This document shows positions 6,103 to 13,651 of a stretch of 13,651 bases of DNA, in pieces. The stretch comes from Octopus sinensis. Its lineage: Eukaryota. The stretch lies in NCBI RefSeq assembly GCF_006345805.1, contig NW_021825890.1, forward strand, positions 1-13,651. The letters are read 5' to 3'. The notes under the pieces are model-generated. The model did not search any database and was not told the origin of the DNA. It saw only the letters and a list, made by a program, of their open reading frames with translations. Within the stretch, counting starts at the first letter, position 1; each line of letters begins with the position of its first letter. A program made the translations under genes and the position numbers.

Positions 6103-6728
6103 TACGAGGGTGCAAAAGTGATTCCGTAAACTCGGGTAGTTGAATGGCGAAAAGTATCAAGCACGATCTTTGACGGACCCGAATGTGCGTATGGAGTAAC
6201 CGATCCCTAACAGACTTTACGGCAGAATTTTTCCAGACTGAAGAGGAGTGGCTGAGTAAATCCAGAGATAGTGGGGCTTCAAAACTTGTCTCGACATTAT
6301 GTCACAACTCACAGCAGAAGAAGCAAACTGGCACAAACCATGAAATCAGTTTTAGGGTAGGAGAGCAACTGGGTGGCTACACAAAGTACAAGGTGCTGAG
6401 ACTGAATAGCCTCTCGTATGACATTTATTCAAATATAGCCGATCTCGTGTCTTAGTCGATCAATACTGCTTCTTGTAGCAGATGGAGATAATTCCTGATC
6501 ATGTGAAAGTGGAGAGTTATATAATAACTTCATAAGAAGATTCACGCTGCATATAAATTCCTTCGAGTCTGGGGACAAAGAAAATTCCCTGACTTGTTTA
6601 TCTGAAAAGCTTCGGAAAAGAGAAATTACATGCTTGGAACGTTCTAGACAAGGCTTTGATTATTTATCCGAAGCACACTACCGCTGTCTTTGTCACTAAA
6701 ATAAATTGAACACATTGCAACACTCGTA
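6103..6728 (+). mobile_element. Decayed, internally deleted mariner-like DNA transposon
   Basis: TA-bounded inverted ends: TACGAGGGT-GCAA (6103-6115) versus reverse complement of 6715-6728, TACGAGTGTTGCAA (12/14 columns). ORF 6183-6455 contains RSLTDFTAEFFQTEEEWLSKSRDSGASKLVS, resembling the mariner transposase C-terminus (RSL..F....F.T.EE...WL......GI.KLV). Confidence 0.55.
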
Positions 6729-7165
6729 GGAAAATTGACCTTCATACTGCTGTCAGAAACAGAGCTCTTTTAATAAGTTTCAAGACATTAGTTATTAACA
6801 CCATTCCATAAAATTTAAATTTAAAAAGTTTTATTGAAATTTCTAACGACGGACAGGAACAAACAACTATATATTGTACCAGAATTATACCTTATACGAA
6901 GATGTGATCAATATAACAACAAGCAGTCGCCGAATAGCTGGCTCCATAACCCGAGCAAGCTAACAAAAACGGGTGTTATTTATCATTTAATGTTACACTA
7001 CCATATTTTGAAACTGGTTAGCTCAAGATTCAGAATGATTAAGTCTGAAAGCTCAGGCACACTTTTTGCGTCTCTGAAATTTTTAGCAGAACGGATGTGC
7101 GTCGAATTGGTCCAACATGACGAGAATTCAACGAATAAAACGAATCTAACGAAAAAAGAAATATA

Positions 7166-7337
7166 TCGTCATCTGCTTCATCATCACCATAATCATCATC
7201 GTCGTCGTCATCAACATCATTACCATCGCCATCGTCATTATCATTTTCATGATCAACATCAATATGAACATCGTCACAATTACCACCACCACCACGACCG
7301 CTGCCGCCACCGTCACCGTCGCCACCACACCACCACC
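7166..7337. repeat. (CAT)/(CAC)/(CGT) degenerate trinucleotide repeat
   Basis: Direct reading; gives the poly-His and poly-Thr pseudo-ORFs. Confidence 0.9.
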
Positions 7338-7338
7338 T

Positions 7339-7354
7339 GTATATATATACGCGG

Positions 7355-7403
<49 letters not shown>

Positions 7404-7412
7404 ATATCTATA

Positions 7413-7489
<77 letters not shown>
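7339..7489. repeat. (TA)n microsatellite
   Basis: Direct reading. Confidence 0.95.
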
Positions 7490-7490
<1 letters not shown>

Positions 7491-7491
<1 letters not shown>

Positions 7492-7650
7492 GCGCAGGCG
7501 TGACTGGGAGGTAAGAAGCTTGCTTCTATACTACATAGTTCCAAGTTCAGTGCCACTGCGTGGCACCTTCGGCAAATGTCTTCTACTTAACCTCGGCCAC
7601 CCAAGGTCTGGTGAATGGATTTGATAGACGGAAAACGAAAGAGCCCGTCG

Positions 7651-7740
<90 letters not shown>

Positions 7741-7960
7741 TGTATGTGTTTGTGTGTGCGTGTGTGCTTGTCCCCCAACATCGCTTGACAACCGATGCTG
7801 GTGTGTTTACGTCCCCGTAACTTAGTGGATCGGCAAAAGAGACTGATAGAATAAGTACTAGCCTAACAAAATATAAGTCGATTTGTTCGACTTAAGGCGG
7901 TGTTCCAGCATGGCCGCAGTCAAATGAATGAAACAAGTAAAAGGAAAAAAAGAAAAAGAA
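7491..7960 (+). mobile_element. Family-C tRNA-derived SINE with an internal microsatellite
   Basis: Head ggcgcaggcgtgactgggaggtaag...agttcagtgcc, CORE-like gtggcaccttcggcaaatgtctt, internal (TA)n/(TG)n at 7651-7767, tail ...tcgacttaaggcggtgttccagcatggccgcagtcaaatgaatgaaacaagtaaaag; homologous to 10021-10387 and 10643-11782. Confidence 0.9.
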
Positions 7961-8885
7961 TATGTATGTATGTGTGTGTATGTATGTACGTATACATGTA
8001 TGTACGCATGCATATATGCATGTATGTATGTGTGTATTTATGTATGTATGCATGTATGCATGCATGTAAGTATGTATGCATGTATGTATGTATGTATGCC
8101 TACATATGTGTGTGTATGTATATATCTACGTATGTATGCATGTATGTATGTATGTACGCTTGCACATATGTATATATGTGGTTATGTATGTATGTATGTA
8201 TGTATGTATGTATGTATGCATGTATGCATGTATGCATGTAAGTATGTATGTATGCATGTATGTACGCATGCATATATGCATATATGCATGTATGTATGTG
8301 TGTATTTATGTATGTGTGAATGTATGTATGCATGTATGTATGTATGTATTCATGCATGTATGTATGTATGTATGTATGTATGTATGCATTTAAGTATTAT
8401 GCATGCATGCATGTATGTATATATGTATGCATGCATATAAGTATGTATGTGTGTATGTATGTAACTATGTATGTATGTATGTATGTATGCTATGTGTGTA
8501 TGTATGTATGTGTGTACTTATGTTTGTGTGAATGTATGTATGTATTCATGCATGTATGTATGTATGTATGTATGTATGCATTTAAGTATTATGCATGCAT
8601 GCATGTATGTATATATGTATGCATGCATATAAGTATGTATGTGTGTATGTATGTAACTATGTATGTATGTATGTATGTATGTATGTATGCATGTGTGTAT
8701 GTATGTATGTGTGTACTTATGTTTGTGTGAATGTATGTATGTATCCATGCATGTAAGTATTATGTATGCATTATGTATATATGTATGCAAACATATATGT
8801 ATGTATGTGTGTATGTACGTATGTGCATATGTATCTATGTATGTGTGTGTGTACGTATGTATGTATGTATGCAACCGTACGTACA
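7961..8885. repeat. Long degenerate (TATG)n array with higher-order duplications
   Basis: TATG/CATG/TACG variants; diagnostic motifs recur at 192-bp spacing. Confidence 0.95.
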
Positions 8886-9004
8886 TTGCATAAACGTACA
8901 GCTGTGAGGATTCTAAGAAAGCACAGAGAAACTTTCACATGCTTGTATGGGTATGAATAAATAAATATTTATGTATATAAAAATATTTTATTTGCGTGTA
9001 TCCA

Positions 9005-9039
9005 CATCTGCGTGTATGGGTGCGTGTGTGCGTGTATAC

Positions 9040-9076
<37 letters not shown>

Positions 9077-9090
9077 CGTGCGTGTGCGTG
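9005..9090. repeat. (TG)n/(TGCG)n microsatellite
   Basis: Direct reading. Confidence 0.9.
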
Positions 9091-9209
9091 AAAGTGGGAG
9101 GGAGAGAGATAGGAGGAGGAGCGTGTGAGTGACCTAATCCATTTCTTTTTAATTACTCATGCTCCCAGCCTGACGAGTGAAACATGTGAAAGACTATATC
9201 TGGAAAACA

Positions 9210-9234
9210 TGTATGTGTGTGCATGTGTGCATGT

Positions 9235-9268
<34 letters not shown>

Positions 9269-9514
9269 TGCATGTGTGTGCGTGTGTGCGTACGTGTGTG
9301 TGTGTGTGTGTGCGTGTGTGCGTACGTGTGTGTGTGTGCATGTGTGCATGTGTGCGTGTGTGTGTGTGTGTGCATGTGTTTGCGTGTGTGCGTACGTGTG
9401 TGTGTGTGCATGTGTGCATGTGTGCGTGTGTGTGTGTGTGCATGTGTGCGTGTGTGTGTGTGTGCGTGTGCATGTGTGCGTGTGTGCGTACGTGTGCGTG
9501 TGTGCATGTGTGCA

Positions 9515-9553
<39 letters not shown>

Positions 9554-9635
9554 GTGCGTACGTGTGTGTGTGTGCATGTGTGCATGTGTGTGTGTGTGTG
9601 TGTGTGTGCGTGTTTGTGTGTATACATGCATGTAC
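9210..9635. repeat. (TG)n array with CA/CG variants and a ~70-bp higher-order pattern
   Basis: cgtacg at 9289, 9321, 9391, 9487 and 9557. Confidence 0.95.
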
Positions 9636-9651
9636 ATAAAAAAAATGCATG

Positions 9652-9731
9652 TAGACTAAGTCACGGTGGTGCTGCAACATGACCCTGGTCACATGGTTGA
9701 AACAAAAGAAGATACAGAAAAATAAAAGAAT
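9652..9731 (+). mobile_element. Orphan decayed 3' tail of a family-C SINE
   Basis: gactaagtcacggtggtgctgcaacatgaccctggtcacatggttgaaacaaaag versus gactaaaggcggtgttccagcatggccgcagtcaaatgactgaaacaagtaaaag. Confidence 0.55.
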
Positions 9732-9975
9732 ATATATACGCATATATGTGTGTATATATGCATGTTTAAATATATGTGTGTTGTGTGTGTGTGTTTGTGA
9801 GTGTACCTATGTATATATGTGTATGTGCGTATATATATATGTGTGTGTGTGTGTGTGCGTGTGGTGTGTATGTATGTATATATGCACTTATATGTGAACT
9901 TATGCGTATATATATGTATGTAAATATATGCATGAACATATGGGCCTGGATATATATGGGTATATATATAAGGAT

Positions 9976-10020
<45 letters not shown>
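9731..10020. repeat. Compound (TA)/(TG)/(CA) microsatellites
   Basis: Direct reading. Confidence 0.9.
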
Positions 10021-10024
<4 letters not shown>

Positions 10025-10387
10025 GGAGTGGCTGAATAGTAAGTAGCTTGCTTACCAACAACATGGTTCCAGGTTCAGTCCCATTGTGTGGCACCTTCGG
10101 CACGTGTCTTCTACTATAGCCTTGGGCTGACCAAAGCCTTGTGAGTGGATTTGGTGGACGGAAACTGAAAGAAGCCCGTCGTATTGTGTGTGTGTGTGTG
10201 TGTGTGTGTTTGTCCCCGCGACCATCGCTTGACAACCGACGTTGATGTTAACTTAAAGGTCCAGCAAAAGAGACCGATAGAATATACTAGGCTTACAAAG
10301 AATAAGTTCTGGGTCGTTTGTTCGACTAAAGGCGGTGTTCCAGCATTGCTGCAATGAAATGACTGAAACAAATAAACGAAAAAGAAT
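10021..10387 (+). mobile_element. Family-C SINE
   Basis: caggagtggctgaatagtaagtagcttgcttacc...ggttcagtccc...gtggcaccttcggcacgtgtctt; internal (TG)n at 10182-10208; same tail as 7770-7960. Confidence 0.9.
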
Positions 10388-10500
10388 ATGTATATATATA
10401 TATATCTATATATATATATATATTATATATACATATATAAATTAAATTGATAAATAAATAAAATATAGGCATATATACATACTATATGTACATACCTACC
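10388..10500. repeat. (TA)n-rich low-complexity tract
   Basis: Direct reading. Confidence 0.85.
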
Positions 10501-10642
10501 TCTACATGTATGAGAACGAAAACATAAACCCAAGGAAATGGACATTTTTTTAAAACAACGGAAAAATAGAGTACAGGACATGCAAAACAAGGAAAATTCC
10601 CCTTCTTCAGTCGCCTTAATTTCATCTACTCCATGTTTCGAT

Positions 10643-10781
10643 GCGCAGGAGTTGCTGTGTGGTAAGTAGCTTGCTTACCAACGACATGGTTCCGGGTTCA
10701 ATCCCACTGCGTTGCACCTTAGGCAAGTGCCTTGTGAGTGGAATTTGTAGACGGAAACTGAAAGAAATCCGTCATATATAT
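10643..10781 (+). mobile_element. Family-C SINE, 5' half (with a ~30-bp internal deletion)
   Basis: gcgcaggagttgctgtgtggtaagtagc...gggttcaatccc (B-box)...gcaccttaggcaagtg|ccttgtgagtgg...gaaatccgtc(ata)n. Confidence 0.9.
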
Positions 10782-11489
10782 TTATCTAAATCTTGTACGA
10801 CTCTATTCAATCTTTCTATCAGTCCTTTCACGCTTATTCGTTCATTCCACTCTTCGTTCTTTCGTTCCACCCCTCTCACATTTCCCTACCTTTTCTTCTT
10901 GCTCAGTTTCCCCCCTCTTTTCACTTCACTGTGTCCCTGTCCTTTTTTTCTCTCTCGCCCCTCCTTAATTCTTCTGTCCCTCTGCCTCTACCTCTCTCTC
11001 TCTTCTCTCTCCACGTGACCGATATTCGGCCAAGCCTGATCTTTCTTTCTTCGTTCGGTCGTCGTCCATGCAAAATCTATATTCCTTCCTGTGCCTGTAA
11101 AAGCCTGTATCCCTGCCGTAAGGCTTTATTTCCACACACACCAGCTTAAATTAATTCGTCCTTAGTCAAAAGACACCTGTTGTTATGTCTTGTTATTTGT
11201 ATTTGTGTAACATTCTCCGTTTTTTCCGTCCTTATTTTCGTATACGTTCGCTGCTTTCTTTCAAGGAATCTAATGCTCTTAGCTTAGTTTTTCTTTGGGT
11301 CTGGCTAGATTGGAGCAATCTCGAGTATTATCAGCTGAAACTGCAAAGATAATCTGGAACTCGACCGAGGAAAGAAAGCTCTGAATGACCCGTCCTTGTT
11401 TCTTTGTATCGTCAATCTGGATGTTTTGTTGTCCTTTTTTGTATCACCTAGCTGTCTGGATGTTTTACGTTCTTGTTCCATTTTGCATT
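10782..11489. mobile_element. Unidentified ~700-bp non-coding insertion inside the family-C SINE
   Basis: Splits the SINE at its internal microsatellite; flanked by tcatatatat at 10772-10781 and 11490-11499; no TIRs and no credible ORF. Confidence 0.6.
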
Positions 11490-11490
11490 T

Positions 11491-11491
11491 C

Positions 11492-11526
<35 letters not shown>

Positions 11527-11590
11527 TGTATGTATGTATGTATGTATGTATGTATGTATGTACGTATGTATGTGGTGTATATGTTTGTGT
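11491..11590. repeat. (TATG)n, the internal microsatellite of the split SINE
   Basis: Direct reading. Confidence 0.95.
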
Positions 11591-11596
11591 GCCCGT

Positions 11597-11782
11597 GTTT
11601 GCCCCCCCAAAATCGCTTGACAACCGATGCTAGTGTATTTACGTCCCCGTAACTTAGCGATTCGGCAAATGCAACCGATAGGCTTACAAAGAATAAGTTC
11701 TGGAGGCGATTTCTTCGACTAAAGGTGGTGCTCCGGCATGGCCGCAGTCAAATGACTGAAATGAGTTAAAGAGTAAAAGAGT
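11597..11782 (+). mobile_element. Family-C SINE, 3' half
   Basis: tttgcccccccaaaatcgcttgacaaccgatgc...tacgtccccgtaacttagcg...ggccgcagtcaaatgactgaaa...gagtaaaagag matches the 7768-7945 tail. Confidence 0.9.
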
Positions 11783-11786
11783 TTAC

Positions 11787-11857
11787 ATATGTGTGTGTGT
11801 GTTGTGTGTGTGTGTGTTCGTGTATGTATATATGTGTATGTATATATGTGTATGCAT
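11787..11857. repeat. (TG)n/(TATG)n
   Basis: Direct reading. Confidence 0.9.
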
Positions 11858-11971
11858 GTCTTCCTTTGCATGAGTTATATTTAATAAACTTGTTTATCAA
11901 AATATACGTATCACTTATCTATTCGGTTTAACGTACGCATTTGGACGCTTACTCATAAGACTCATAAGTAA

Positions 11972-12372
11972 ACACGCATACACATACATACACATCATAC
12001 ATACATACATAAAGATATACACACGCATACATATACACATGTGCACACATACATCCTTATATGCATACCTACATACATGCATACAAACGCATACACACGC
12101 AATCATATATATATATATATTAGCGCGTAAATATATCATGTGTGTGCGTGCGTGTGTGTGTGTGTGTGTGTGTGTGTTTCTATGTGTGTGGATGACTTGT
12201 TTTCGTTTGCATTTGTGTGTACGTGTGCGTATGTATGTGTATGTATTTCGGTGTGGATGTGTGTGTGTGTATGTGTGTGTGTGTGAGTGGAGCATATGTA
12301 TGTCTGTGTGTGAGTGTGAGCATATGTATGTCTGTGTGTGTGTGTGTGTGTGTGAGTGTGAGCATATGTATG

Positions 12373-12412
<40 letters not shown>

Positions 12413-12495
12413 TGCATATCAGCGTTCGTGTATAAGTGAATGTGTGTATGCGTGTCACCGTTTATGCATGTGTGTGTGTACGTGTGTGCGTTACA
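11972..12495. repeat. (CA/TACA)n block followed by a long degenerate (TG)n block
   Basis: Direct reading; polarity switches near 12110-12137. Confidence 0.9.
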
Positions 12496-12554
12496 TTATG
12501 ATAGGAAGTTTGAATACTACAAATTGCACAAGGAAGAGGAGTGTGTAGGGATAT

Positions 12555-12556
12555 AT

Positions 12557-12590
<34 letters not shown>

Positions 12591-12755
12591 GCACACACAT
12601 GTACACGCAAACACTCAAACGTTCAGGTACATGCATACACCGACATACACACATGGTCACGTGCACACATGTACACTCAGGCAGACGCACAAGCACACAC
12701 ACGCGTACAAATACACAGACATACACATTCGTACACATATACGTTCATACACGTG

Positions 12756-12790
<35 letters not shown>

Positions 12791-12806
12791 GTGTGTGTGT
12801 GTGTGT
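12555..12806. repeat. (CA)n-rich block, then (TA)n and (TG)n
   Basis: Direct reading. Confidence 0.9.
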
Positions 12807-12821
12807 GGATAGACTGAGAGG

Positions 12822-12874
<53 letters not shown>

Positions 12875-12879
12875 GATAT

Positions 12880-12927
<48 letters not shown>
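12822..12927. repeat. (GATA)n tetranucleotide microsatellite
   Basis: Direct reading. Confidence 0.97.
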
Positions 12928-12959
12928 TGCATACACACATACTATATACGCATATATGA

Positions 12960-13080
12960 AAGGACGAAACAAAGTATAAGAGAGAGGAAGTGAAAGAAAG
13001 AGAGATAGAGAAGGAAAGTAAAGAGAGAGAGAGAGAACAGAGACAGAGAAGGAGTGAGCGGGGTAGAGACGCGAGAGAGA
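12960..13080. repeat. GA-rich polypurine tract
   Basis: Direct reading. Confidence 0.85.
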
Positions 13081-13430
13081 TATTACAGTTTCCCACCCCC
13101 AAGAGAGAAAGAGCGCTGCCCGTCATACCCCAGCGATGTTACCCAATCTATTTCCGACAACTGTAAAATTTCTGCGTGGAATAGAACTAAACTCTAACAT
13201 TACCTACCCGTCTACCTACCCATCCACCATCCCTCCCTGGCGGCACCCCGTTGGTATAAGCTGGCTTAGATTCCAGTATATCTGCTTGAGATAATACCCT
13301 CAGCTGTGTTTCGACTGGAAGTTCAATTGACACCGTATGTCGGAGATTAACCGGGGTATAGAATACAGGGGGGAACAGAGTTGCACACACGCATGCCAGA
13401 CATAGAGTGCGAGGAAGTGAAAAAGGAAGA

Positions 13431-13434
13431 CGTG

Positions 13435-13485
<51 letters not shown>

Positions 13486-13546
13486 TTGTGTGTGTGTGTG
13501 CTTATTCACATATAAATGCACGTGTGTGTGTGTGTATATGTGTGTA
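13431..13546. repeat. (TG)n with an 18-bp periodic TTT interruption
   Basis: ttt at 13449, 13467 and 13485. Confidence 0.9.
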
Positions 13547-13651
13547 TACTCTTTACTCTCTTTTACTTGGTTCAGTCATGTGACTGCGGCCATGCTGAAG
13601 CACCGCCTTTAGTCGAGCAAATCGACCCCAGACTTATTCTTTGCAAGCCTA
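13547..13651 (-). mobile_element. Family-C SINE 3' tail, minus strand, running off the window
   Basis: Reverse complement reads taggcttgcaaagaataagtctggggtcgatttgctcgactaaaggcggtgcttcagcatggccgcagtcacatgactgaaccaagtaaaagagagtaaagagta. Confidence 0.92.

Noticed and set aside
6834-7415. 193-codon ORF, the longest in the window
   Set aside because: It has a non-ATG start, no recognisable domain, and its second half is (CAT/CAC)n and (TA)n repeat.
9160-9196. Hammerhead-like CTGACGA-GT-GAAAC-ATGT
   Set aside because: There is no helix II, the cleavage triplet would be GUG rather than NUH, and the flanks cannot form helix I.
10585-10642. Minus-strand CGAAAC...GTA...CTGAAGAAGG as a type-II hammerhead
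   Set aside because: Core words are present but neither helix I nor helix II pairs. It may be a retroelement tail remnant, but this window alone does not support that.
11880-11901. Small hairpin tttaataaac-tt-gtttatcaaa and the nearby actcataag duplication
   Set aside because: Short and AT-rich; expected by chance in this composition.
2814-13521. The many poly-V/W/H/T and MYVC/HTHT/YIYI ORFs in the supplied track
   Set aside because: They are translations of di-, tri- and tetranucleotide microsatellites that lack stop codons by composition.

Overview
This is AT-rich eukaryotic non-coding DNA with no intact protein-coding gene, tRNA gene or CRISPR array that I can support. The window is a mosaic of three groups of tRNA-derived SINEs (called A, B and C here; B and C carry CORE/MIR-like sequence), long di-, tri- and tetranucleotide microsatellites, a hAT-Charlie-like MITE, a decayed mariner-like relic and Penelope-like tail fragments. 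The SINE sequences and the microsatellite load resemble, from recall, an octopod cephalopod (Octopus) intron or intergenic region; this is an inference, not a database result. Nearly all ORFs in the supplied track are translations of microsatellites. The least explained parts are: (1) a near-perfect 89-bp inverted repeat at 3287-3485 whose arm carries a degenerate hammerhead-like motif; (2) a 1501-2160 block with an 82-bp tandem repeat holding a perfect 20-bp palindrome, next to a decayed, internally duplicated coding-like relic; (3) a ~700-bp unidentified insertion inside the internal microsatellite of a SINE; (4) a SINE dimer bounded by a 9-bp direct repeat.
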